Shown here: piece after piece, positions 52,861 through 64,000 of the stretch | Numbering within the stretch: position 1 is the stretch's first letter | How the letters are laid out: each line of letters begins with the position of its first letter | Assembly (NCBI RefSeq): GCF_018350175.1 | Contig: NC_058368.1 | Coordinates: forward strand, 217,746,001-217,810,000 | Source: Felis catus | Taxonomy: Eukaryota | Reading direction: 5' to 3' | Length of the DNA: 64,000 nucleotides | Notes under the pieces: model-generated | The model's database searches: none | Seen by the model: only the letters and a program-made list of their open reading frames with translations | Told to the model about the DNA's origin: nothing | Position numbers and translations under genes: made by a program

Positions 52861-53906
52861 AAAACTGCAGACAAAAGGAAAAGATAAAGATGATAGGAGA
52901 GACAATGTTAGGTATATATAATTCATAGCTGGAATAAATCTACAAATAACCAGAACCCCAGAAGTAAAAAATTACAAATGAAGCAGTAAAAATATTAGTA
53001 AAATAAAACTAAAATTGTTGAACCTAAAACAAATCAGAAGAGCTGTTTGGAAGATGCATATTCATGGAGCAGAGAGGGAATCAAAAACATATATTGTACT
53101 TTTGAAAATTTAAGAGTAAAAGAAATATCAAAGGACTTCAGTAACATATACACTGAATTTTTATTGGTGAAATCTGCAAAAGATCACTTGCCATTTATTA
53201 TATTGTCTTCCAAAGTTTGCAAATTAAATATTCCATTTTAAAATGAGACATTTTTCATATTTGCTATTGTTGAATAGTTTGTAGCCAAAAAATAATCCCA
53301 ATGAGAATTAGAAAAGCAGATTAAACGTGAACATAAAGAACAAACAATCTTCAGTTTAAAGATCTATGAGATCTTCTGAGGCAGCCAGGATTTGAAGGAC
53401 CAGATGTGAAAAGAATGGCTCATTTATGTTAGTCAAGCTCAACTTTCTGCACCTGCTCTTCTTATCTGAGTATTTGCTGGCACTTGGCTTGGGGCAAAAT
53501 CTAAGAAGCTTGGCATAGTGGTGTTAATAGAAGTGAAAGCACTGCTTTAGACAATCTCATGGACTTGGGGCCAGAAAAACTTCATTTTAGGATTATAAAA
53601 GCAGTTGGGATATTAGAGACCAAAATTCCAGAGAGAAAAGAGGTACATAGACCTCCAGAGTATACTCTCTTTTTCCAAGTAATGGTTTTAACTGTCCGTG
53701 AAGATTTTATTATTTTTAGTATCCTTATAGCACAAAGGTAATGCAAAATCTGAGTTCTGTGTCAGTCAAGAACAAACTATAAATATCAATACTAAGCTCC
53801 AAGTTGAAACGACAACTATATCTAAGGATTAGGGTAAATCAGAAGATGACTGAGGTATACTTAGTCTACAAATCTGCCTTGATTAGGTATGGTTCCTGAT
53901 TATTTC

Positions 53907-54117
53907 TTCTTTAAAAAAAATTTTAATGTTTATTTACTTTTGAGAGAGACAGAGCATAAGTGGGGAAGGGGCAGAGAGGGAAGACCCAGAATCTCAAGAA
54001 GTCTCCAGGCTCTGAGCTGTCAGAGCAGAGCCGATGCAGGGCTCAAATCCACGAACCCCAAGATCATAACCTGAGCCAATGTCAGATGCTTGACTGACTG
54101 AGCCACCCAGGCACCCC
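53907..54117 (-). mobile_element. Can-SINE
   Basis: TSD ttcctgattatttct. Confidence 0.94.
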
Positions 54118-54249
54118 AATTCCTGATTATTTCTAAGTGATCTGTGCCCATGGTGATTATCAGAGATGAAGTGAATCCTTTCTGTGGGGAGTAACAGCAT
54201 TTATAGCTTCCAAAATTTTCTCATACAAAATGTCTAGCATCCAATAAAA

Positions 54250-55240
54250 AATATAGCAGTTTTTCCTTTAATAGCAATTGAGAAACTTACTAAAAATTCA
54301 TAGAAATGCAAAGGACCCAAATCGTTGAAACAGTTTTCACTTCAGGACCCAAGCTACAAGATGCAAGAATTACTATAAAGGTCCAATAATTAAGTCTTTT
54401 TGGTATTGGTTCAAGACATGAATATAGACCAAAGAAATGATATATTAAATAGGCCTAAGGATTCTTAATTTGACAAAATATCTTTAAAGGACAATGGGTA
54501 AATTAAGACATTTTTAATAAATAATGCTGGGTAAATAACCATGTAAACACATAGCTACACAATAAGTCTTCAAGAAGAACAAAAATACATAGGTTGAAAA
54601 CATAGACACTACACATACCTACCAAAATGGCTACATTAAAAGAGACAGATACTAACATGTAGATAATAGGTAATGCTGAGTACTAGTCAAGGTATAAAAC
54701 AACTGGAACTTTCTTACACTGGTGACAGCCTAAGTTGGGACAACTGCTTTGGAAAATTATCTGGCAGTATATTAAAAAACTAAGCATACACAAATCACAT
54801 TCATTCATCACATAATTCTCCAAAAGAAAGGTCTATGTATTACCAACAAGACATACACAAGCATGTTTCTAGCCACATAATTTATAAGAGGTAAATGTTA
54901 AAGCAACTTATTTATTGATTGCAGTGCATTCAGATAATAATAATAATAATAATAAAGATAATGATATTGAAATAAGCCAGATGCCAAGCACAGAAATGAA
55001 CATGGAACATGATTCCATTTATAGAAAGTTCAAAATTGGAAAATTCAGATTTAGAAGTCAAAATATTGGTTGTTCTCAGATGTATTAATAATTAGCATGA
55101 GGTGAAGGGAGAATTTGAATGTTGGTAATGTATGTCTTGATGAAGATGTGATTCAAGGATAAGTTTACTTTGGAAAAATTCATGGAGCTGTACATTTAAG
55201 ATTTGTTCGAGTTATTTTTTGAAACTGAAAAAAGTCTACT
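54250..55240 (+). mobile_element. Ancient L1M (ME-like) ORF2/3' fragments
   Basis: aaattcatagaaatgcaaaggaccc, aactgctttggaaaattatctggcagt, aattcatggagctgtacatttaagatttgt. Confidence 0.65.
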
Positions 55241-55287
55241 GAGATTAGGAATATTTATCTTCTAGGGATAGCTATTAAAAGTACCTT

Positions 55288-55475
55288 TTCCTTTTTTTTT
55301 TCTTAAAATTTTTTTAATGTTTATTTTTGAAAGAGAGATGGAGACACAGAATCCGAAGCAGGCTCCAGGCTCTGAACTGTCAGCACAGAGCCTGATGTGG
55401 GGCTCAAATTCATGAGCGGCAGGATCATGACCTGAGCCAAGGTTGGCCACTTAAGCAACTGAGCCACCCAGGCGC
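55288..55475 (-). mobile_element. Can-SINE
   Basis: SINE body in reverse orientation. Confidence 0.93.
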
Positions 55476-55802
55476 ATCCCCCCACTGCTTTTTCCCCCCT
55501 TTTAAGAGTTTTTGGAATTTTTTAAAATTTCCAGTAAGAGAATACATTATTATTAATTTGAGACTAAAACTCTGCACTAAATAATAATTAATTATAATAA
55601 TAATAAATGAAACTAGAGCATCAGAAAAAATGGGGTGCAGCAGGGGGAGATGAGTGGCAAAATGGCATAGATGTTGCTAGGGTAAAAAAGGACATCTACT
55701 TCAATGACTACATCTTGATAGGTGAATATTCCTGCATGTGAAAGAAAGCTGGCTATATCCCCCAAGTAATAACACTAGATAAACACATACATACTCAGTT
55801 AC

Positions 55803-55939
55803 CTTTAAAACTATTTTCTCCTTGCTCTTGGGTGTAAGCAAACTGCAGCCTACTGCATTTTGGTAATATTGTCTTTAGTGAAATTTGCATTTGTTTAACT
55901 TGAGGAACAAGATAATAGGTGAATTGAATCCAAACATAA
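55803..55939 (-). CDS. Candidate 137-nt internal coding exon (YVWIQFTYYLVPQVKQMQISLKTILPKCSRLQFAYTQEQGENSFK)
   Basis: Acceptor gtatttttag|T, donor AAG|GTAACT; exactly one frame is open across the whole exon (phase 2 to phase 1); unique sequence. Confidence 0.5.
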
Positions 55940-57146
55940 CTAAAAATACCAGGCAATGTCATGTACATGTTCTATGTTTCCAAGTTATTTTTTGCGGTTG
56001 TTGTTAAATAAAAATAACAGCCTCTTAAAAGCAATATGAATAAGATGGGGCTACAACACGTGATAATAAGCTATAAAACATTTTTTCTCTAGCCAAAATG
56101 AAAAGCACATACATTGTGACATACTTTTTCTCTGACTCTAGTAGATTTTTAGAGTAGGAAAATTTGTTAAGAACAACCAAGGGAAACAAAACAGGCATAA
56201 TGGGCCTAGCCTGTACTTTAGAAAAATATACTTCATAGGCACTTAACAGACATTCAGTCATGCGTTACTCATCTAAATGTGCTCTCACTGTCTTTGTAAA
56301 CATTGAGTTTACATGTGAAAATTAAGAAAATGTTCCATGCAGATTGCAAGACATAAATGTGTTACATAATTCTGCCTACCCTTTCTTGAGATACCAATGT
56401 TCCCTGTCTGCCTTTTGGCTGTTACTTTGTGGAACATTTATTTTTGTTTTCATAAGCCCTTTAAATAAAAAGCCATTCAATCCAGTCATCTGAAGCATAA
56501 CATATGCTTTTTCAAGGTTATCAAAATATCTTACTTTTCTTTTAAAGGATCTTAACTATGCAATTCCAGTTTTGGGCTTTCTTCCAAACAAGACTAAAAT
56601 AGACTTGCAGTTGCACAATAAACAAGAGTTGCTAATTGCCAATTTTGTAGAAAATCTTACAAAAAAGGAATATCACTTCAAATGTGTTTTGATGGAACTT
56701 TTTCCTCTCTATTCATCTTGTTTCTGATAACTCAGGACTATTTCTTTGCACTTGTGCATTTGAATTTTGCCTATGTTTTGAAAGACAAGTTTCTTTTGTT
56801 TAATTTTCTCTTCACTAATGCATTTTATTCCTTTCTATTCTTGTGTAAGAATGTAGTAGTTTTCAAAATTTGTAATTATCTTCATAACATTATGCCTATG
56901 TGTTCATATTCAAGTAGAAACTAAGAGTCTTAAAAGTCGTGATTAAAGCAAATGACTTACAACAATATAATCAATAGAGTTTTTGCTTCCAGTTATTCAC
57001 CAGTGTGTGGATGTTGCCCTCTGTTTTATTTAAATTCACTGCTCCAGACTCCTGTGTGCTTTATTTTGAGATAAAAGCCATCTTTAAGAATACCCAACTG
57101 CCACTAACGATTAAAATAACATTTATTTGTTCCATTTCTCCTAGCC

Positions 57147-57383
57147 TTTTTTTAAATGTTTGTTTGTTTGTTTGTTTGTTTATTTATTTATTTATTTATT
57201 TTTATAGGGAGAGAGAGAGAGCACGCACACAGGCAGGGAAAGGGACAGAGAGAGAGGAGGGAGAGAATCCCAAGCAGGCTTCACATGTCAGCTTGGAACC
57301 TGACTTGGGGCTTGATCCCATGAACCATGAGATCATGACCTGAGCCGAAATCAAGAGTTGGATGCTTAACCAAATGAGGCGCC
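57147..57383 (-). mobile_element. Can-SINE
   Basis: SINE body; TSD-like tccatttct. Confidence 0.92.
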
Positions 57384-58257
57384 ACTCCATTTCTTACATT
57401 TTTAACTGTGGGTTCTATAAAATGGATTATTTTAACCTTGTGATTTATAAGAAAAGTTTGGAAAAATAAGAATATACGTGAAATTAATTATATATTAAAA
57501 GCAAGAGAGACATTTATCATTACTAAGTTTATTTGAACATGACCCTGATACCTACTTCAATGAATTTTTTCTGAAGAAAATGATGAAGTACTTTTATACT
57601 GCATATGTAGTAGTTACTTAACATATAGTCTCCCAAACAAATTTCTGTGGCTAGCTTTCCCAGAATACAGATTTTTTTTATAGATTGGTGAACTACTGAG
57701 CTGTCAGTCAATTCAGAATGTTTTTGTATATTGTTCTTTGCTTCAACCACCTCCCCTCATCCCTTAATCTTTCCCCCACTCATACTTATATTTCAACCTA
57801 AATTTATAAATAATTTTAATAATCCTTAATTTCTTAAACTAGGTGAATTCCCTAGCTGTATGTTCCCAATATAACTCCTCTGTACTTTCTGTGTAATATG
57901 TACAGCATATTAGACCTGCAATAATGTCTTCATTTTAGGGTCTTTCCAATGGTCTGCAGTCTTTAGGTGGAATATTTATCTGCATTTGCAGGAGCTAGAA
58001 ACTTTGTTGTTACCTCTATCTTTCTCTTCTCAATATCTATCATCAATAGATAGGTTGATAAATATTAATTTGTTAAATGACAGTCTAGTACTTTATGTGA
58101 GGGAGAATGTTCATAGCCAGGTTTTTGTGCCTCACATCAGATTATATATATTTGAAAGAACGAAATATGAAGAGAGGAAGTAAAATTTCTGAGGCAACTC
58201 AGAAAGGCCAAAAGCGGCTTGAGGCATATTTGCATAAACCATGCTTTGGATTTAGAG

Positions 58258-58314
58258 ATGGATCTCCATATTCGAACCAGGGAAAGCACCACTGCTAGTG
58301 ATGGAGAAGCCAAG
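58258..58314 (+). CDS. Candidate short first exon (MDLHIRTRESTTASDGEAK)
   Basis: ATG plus 18 codons ending at the consensus donor AAG|GTGAGT in a locally GC/CpG-enriched unique block. Confidence 0.22.
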
Positions 58315-58766
58315 GTGAGTCTGACCAACTCCAGGAAGCCGTCAGTGGAGCTGGTTTTATGAAGGTCGCGTGACTACTACCTATTTCCATTCCAAGCCAC
58401 AGAGGCAAGGCCAGAGATTGGCTTACAACTCCAATAGAGAAGATGGCATGTTGGAGGTTGGAGCTGCAGTGCCTGCCAGTATCTCCTGATGCCTCGAAGC
58501 AAAGTCTATGGCATAGCTCCTGACTCTGCACACCCAGCCAGCATTTCCTCTCCAGAGGCGATTTCCTCACGCATGCCACATGCTAATTCAAAACCATGCA
58601 GGGAGGCAATGAGGAGCGGGTTGACATATATATAAATAATTGTTACAAGATACTAAGTCTTTTTAATGGGGTAGTGAGGAACTATTTAGAAGCTAAAATA
58701 GGAAAATAGAGAGCATCTACCTCACTTTAACATAGCCTGTAACACAAGCGAAGTGCCAGGGAATGT

Positions 58767-58848
58767 AGATATAGATAGATATAGATATAGATATAGATAT
58801 AGATATAGATATAGATATAGATATAGATATAGATATAGATATAGATAT
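58767..58848. repeat. (GATATA)n hexanucleotide microsatellite
   Basis: Seen directly. Confidence 0.95.
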
Positions 58849-59243
58849 AAATAATATAAATAGCTTCCCATCAGGAAACCTGCCATGAAGATCATGTCCT
58901 CAGGGAACTGTCAGATTTCAGTTAGGGGAGGGTGTGAGGGGAATGTCCAGTGAACAGCTGAGGATATATGAAGGGACATGGCTGATGACAGCTTGTCGGT
59001 TAGAGGCAGTACACAACAGAAGATCTTAGAGGAAGGGGAAAGGTAGACAATTAGGACAGATTAGTAAGTGTGTAGAACAGAATCTAAGTGATGACAGACA
59101 ACTGGGGTAGGGGGGATTAAGAACTGCAGAGCTGGTACAGTGAGCATAATGCCATTTGTGAGAGCCTATTCCCTCAATCTTTTGGAGGAGGAATATTAAA
59201 ACAAGAGAAATGGCTCATGTGGCTTTATATAAAAATCCTTCAA

Positions 59244-59468
59244 GGGGCATCTGGGTGGCTCAGTCAGTTAAGCTCAGCTCAGGTCATGATCTTACAGCTC
59301 TTGAGTTTGAGCCAAGCATTGGGCTCTGTGCTGAAAGCTCAGAGCCTGGAGCCTGCTTCGGATTCTGTCTCTGTCTCTCTCTGCCTCTCCCCCACCTCAG
59401 CTCTTCTCTCTTTCTCTCTCCCTCCCTCTCTCTCTCTCAAATGTAAATAAACATTAAAACAAAATTTA
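59244..59468 (+). mobile_element. Can-SINE
   Basis: TSD aaaatccttcaag. Confidence 0.94.
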
Positions 59469-59551
59469 AAAATCCTTCAAGAGGAATCTGGGTGTAGGCA
59501 GTTTCAATGACTTCATATATGAAGGCTTCTCTTAAAATCAATCTGCATGAA

Positions 59552-60881
59552 GACAGAAAGAAATGGAAAAAGATTCCATGCTCCTGGATAGGAAGAACAA
59601 ATATTGTTGAAATGTCAATACTGCCCAAAGCAATCTACATATTCAATGCAATCCCTAGCAAAGTAACACCAGCATTCTTCACAGAGCTAGAATAAAAAAT
59701 CCTAAAATTTTTCTGGAATCAGAAAATACCCAGAATAGCCAAAGCAATCTTGAAAAAGAAAAACAAAGCAGGAGGCATCACAATCCCAGACTTCAAGCTA
59801 TACTACAAAGCTGTAATCGTCAAGACGGTATGGTACTGGCACAAGAACAGACACTCAGATCAATGGAATAGAATAGAGAACCCAGAAATGAACCCACAAA
59901 CCTATGGCCAACTCATCCTGTGAAAAGCAGGAAAGAATATCCAATGGAACAAAGACAGTCTCTTCAGCAAGTGGTGCTGGGAAAAATGGACAGTGACATG
60001 CAGAAGAATGAACCTGGACCACTTTCTTACACCATACACAAAAATAAACTCAAAATGGATGAAAGACCTAAATGTAAGACAGGAAGCCATCAAATCCTCG
60101 AGGAGAAAGCAGGCAAAAACCTCTTTGATCTTGCCCGCAGCAACTTCTTACTCAACACGTCTCCGGAGGCAAGGGATACAAAAGCAAAAATGAACTACTG
60201 GGACCTCATCAAAATAAAAAGCTTCTGCACAGCGAAGGAAACGATCAGCAAAACTAAAAGGCAACCGACAGAATGGGAGAAGATATTTGCAAATGACATA
60301 TCAGATAAAGGGTTAGTATCCAAAATCTACAAAGAATTTATCAAACTCAACACCCAAAAAACAAATAATCCAGTGAAGAAATGGGCAAAAGACATGAATA
60401 GACACTTCTCCAAAGAAGACATCCAGATGGCCAACCGACACATGAAAAAATGTTCAACATCACTCATCATCAGGGAAACACAAATCAAAACCACAATGAG
60501 ATACCTTACACCTGTCAGAATGGCTAACATTAACAACTCAGGCAACAACAGATGTTGGCGAGGATGCAGAGAAAGAGGATCTCTCTTGCATTGTTGGTGG
60601 GAATGCAAGCTGGTGCAGCCACTCTGGAAAACAGTATGGAGGTTCCTCAAAAAACTAAAAATAGAACTACCCTACAACCCAGCAATTGCACTACTAGGCA
60701 TTTATCCATGGGGTAGAGATGTGCTGTTTTGAATATGCACCCCCATGTTTATAGCAGCACTATCAAAAATAGCCAAAGTATGGAAAGAGCCCAAATTTCC
60801 ATCAATGGATGAAGGGATAAAGAAGATGTGGTGTATATATATGTATATATATACACCACATATATACACACACATATATAT

Positions 60882-60918
<37 letters not shown>

Positions 60919-61289
60919 GGAGTATTACTCAGCAATCAAAAAGAATGAAATCTTGTCATTTGCAACTATGTGGATGGAACTGGAGGGTATTATGCTAAGT
61001 GAACTTAGTCAGAGAAAGACAAAAATCATATGACTTCACTCTTATGAGGACTTTAAGAGACAAAGCAGATGAACATAAGGGAAGGGAAACAAAAATAATA
61101 TAAAAACAGGGAGGGGGACAAAACAGAAGAGACTCATAAATATGGAGAACAATCTAAGGGTTGCTGGAGGGGTTGTGGGGGGGTATGGGATAAATGGGTA
61201 AGGGGCATTAAAGAATCTACTCCTGAAATCATTGCTTCACTATATGCTAATTTGGATGTAAATTTTAAAAAATAAAAAATAAAGTTAAA
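59552..61289 (+). mobile_element. 5'-truncated LINE-1 (ORF2 C-terminus and 3'UTR)
   Basis: ORF 59920-60732 is largely ORF2; perfect 18-bp TSD aaaatcaatctgcatgaa at 59534 and 61290. Confidence 0.97.
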
Positions 61290-62377
61290 AAAATCAATCT
61301 GCATGAAATCATTTTTTTGAGAAGATGCAGATTTCCCATTCCCATTTTCCTTTCAAAACTATCATATTCCTATTTTACAGGGGGAAAAAAAGGCAAACAT
61401 CCCAGCGATCCTTAATTTTATTATTATGTAGTGTCCTGGGATTAAAACAAAACAAACAAACAAAACCCTCCAACGCTTTCTAGGATATACAACAAAAGGT
61501 GACTGAGACTGATACTGGTGCTATGATGTTCAATAATTCTAAAGACTCTGTAGCAATTCCACTTTTAAGTCAACTTTCTATTCTTTGCTTTTTACACATT
61601 TGAAGAGGGAATAAAATCAATTGTCAGCAAATGGATCATTAAACATAGTTGTAGATGAGAGAAAACTGTAATTTTTTTCTTACAACTCACAAGTAATTCC
61701 AATATCTGAATGATATTCTCTATGTCCTTATTTAACTGAACAAAATCACTAAACTTTTAGATCTATAGAAACAGAAAAAAACGTTGAAACAGAATTGCTG
61801 CTAAATTCTCTCACAACATATGAAATATATCCAAGTAAACGTTCATTAATTATGAAAAATACAATCAACTTTAGCTCATTAAGAACTTGATTTTAAAAGC
61901 CCTTTTATGTCTGATAGCTATTTACCCAATTTTGAAGTATATTTATATTGTTTTAATCAATCATGTAATTATAAAGGTCAAACCATCCAGAATAAAGTTT
62001 TGAGAAGTCAAGCTCATACTGGGACAACAACAACAACAACAATAAAAAAATGTATTTACGTGTTTGATTTTGTTCAGAGGAATATTATCGTTTAAAGAAT
62101 TTTAAGCATTTCATATGTCAATGTAGTATACAACTTTATGAGAAAATATAATAGAAATAGGATTTAGGAAACGCTTTAAAGATTCTCATTTTAAAAAATA
62201 TTTATTCACACATGAATGTTAACTTTATTCAAAGTATTTTATGTGTACACAAAGGTAGAGAGAATGATATAATGAACCTACATGCATAACTTTAATAACA
62301 CATCTTCAATAATTGTCAATCTTCTATGCTTCCACCTTTCTTTCTCCACTCAGAGTATTTTAAAGAAAACTCACACT

Positions 62378-62588
62378 GGGGCACCTGGGTGGCTCAGTCA
62401 GTTAAGTGTCCAACTTTGGCTCAGGTCATGATCTTGCTGTCTGTGAGTTCTAGCCCTATGTCAGGCTCTGTGCTGACAGCTCAGAGCCTGGAGCCTGGAG
62501 CCTGGAGCGTGCTTCAGATTCTGTGTCTCCCTCTCTCTCTCTGCCCCTCCCCACTCATGCTCTGTCTCTCTCAAAAATGAATAAATGT
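62378..62588 (+). mobile_element. Can-SINE with triplicated gagcctg
   Basis: Full body; outer TSD-like taaagaaaa(c/a)tcac. Confidence 0.95.
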
Positions 62589-62589
62589 T

Positions 62590-62802
62590 GGGGCGCCTGG
62601 GTGGCTCAGTCGGTTGGGCGTCCGACTTTGGCTCAGGTCATGATCTCGCAGTCCGTGAGTTCGAGCCCCACGTCGGGTTCTGTGCTGACAGCTCAGAACC
62701 TGGAGCCTGTTTCAGATTCTGTGTCTGCCTCTCTCTGACCCTCCCCTGTTCATGCTCTGTCTCTGTCTCAAAAACAAATAAACGTTAAAAAAAATTTTAA
62801 AA
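62590..62802 (+). mobile_element. Can-SINE inserted in the tail of the preceding SINE
   Basis: Second head ggggcgcctgggtggctcagtcgg directly after aataaatgtt. Confidence 0.95.
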
Positions 62803-63001
62803 AATGAATGTTAAAATTTAAAGAAAAATCACAGACATCATATTCTTTCACTATTACTTCCATATATGTTTCTAAAGTATTCTCTTCACATAAACATAAT
62901 AAATTGCCAACAAAATAAATAATAATCTCTTAATGTTCTTAAATACCCATTTGATGATGAACTTTGATCAAAAACATATTGGTATGCTTTTAGAAAATTC
63001 A

Positions 63002-63119
63002 GGGGGCACCTGAGTGGCTCAGTCGGTTGAATGACAGACTCGATTTTGGCTCAGGTCAGATCTCATGACAACACAGAGCCTACTTGGGATTCTTTCTCTC
63101 TCTCTCTCCCCCTACTCAT

Positions 63120-63157
<38 letters not shown>

Positions 63158-63180
63158 TAAATAAATAAACATTAAAAAAA
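63002..63180 (+). mobile_element. Can-SINE, internally deleted
   Basis: ggggcacctgagtggctcagtcggttga...(CT)n, A-rich tail. Confidence 0.92.
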
Positions 63181-64000
63181 TCAGTTCTTTGAATCAGGAT
63201 ATAACATAAAACCCAGAAAACCTGTATCTTATGTTTCGTTGATAAATAAGCATTTACTTTTTTTTTTTGTAGGATTCCTGACATCCTGCATATGGTTGAA
63301 TGCATACAAGTTTGTTTCTTTTAAATCATATTTTTAATTGTGTAATTGACCAATTTATTTGAGTACCAAAAGGTATCTCAAAATTAGTATGGCTAATGAC
63401 GAACTCATGATGTACACTGACCCCAATTCTGTTTCTACCATTATCTATCTCTCTTTGTTCATGGTATAATGATCTCCTTTGCTCAAGGGAAAAACTTTAG
63501 AATTATCACGAATGCTCAGATAGGTCCCCTGATGATTCTGCTTCCTCTGAGGCTATCCCCAGCAGAGAATTTTTATTTTGCTCAATCCAGTGAACCATTT
63601 GATTAAAATGGAATACATTTTTAAGAATGCACAAACTTTTCCAAATAATATTTTTACATTGTCATATATTTTTCCCCCACATCACCAAGTGATGGTATGT
63701 TGCTCACAGTCTCATTCTCTATTCTTGGTTTTTTATCACTCTACATGTAATGTATAAATTAATTAATTTTGAATCATTAATTCCATTCAGTTCCTTAACT
63801 TTCCCAACTCAAATCTTTTTCATAGAAGTTAAATATAGCAGTAGTCTTAGCACAAATCTTGTTAAAACACTAATTGGCCTGTTAACATCTTTAATTCAAA
63901 TGTTGTAATCAGTAGTAACCAACTGTGAGTGCATTTTTAATAAACCAAATTTCTATGCACATGCTCCTTCTCCATTTGCTATTGGTCTTATGAAAATATT

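Noticed and set aside
59920..60732. Longest ORF (270 aa) as a gene
   Set aside because: L1 ORF2 C-terminus joined to an out-of-frame L1 stretch by a small deletion

Overview
AT-rich, repeat-dense mammalian DNA. The tRNA-derived Can-SINEs and the L1 3' ends point to a carnivoran, very probably a felid. Most of the window is transposon-derived: one full-length but disabled LINE-1 (44.8-51.0 kb), several 5'-truncated carnivore/felid L1s, older L1M fragments, about 27 Can-SINEs, an internally deleted Tigger1 and MLT-type LTR remnants. It also holds a processed alpha-tubulin pseudogene (TUBA1A-derived, 40.2-41.5 kb) with an in-frame internal deletion. Nearly all ORFs in the supplied track are L1/SINE fragments or their antisense. 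The few unique stretches contain splice-site-bounded candidate exons that I cannot assign to a named gene: minus strand at 55.8, 30.1 and 0.17 kb, plus strand at 13.3, 15.8 and 58.3 kb. The window may therefore be intronic to one or two large genes. I see no well-supported novel biological system. The best leads are these candidate exons and an inverted L1 pair that shares apparently private mutations. Repeat subfamily names are from recall and boundaries are approximate unless a TSD is quoted.
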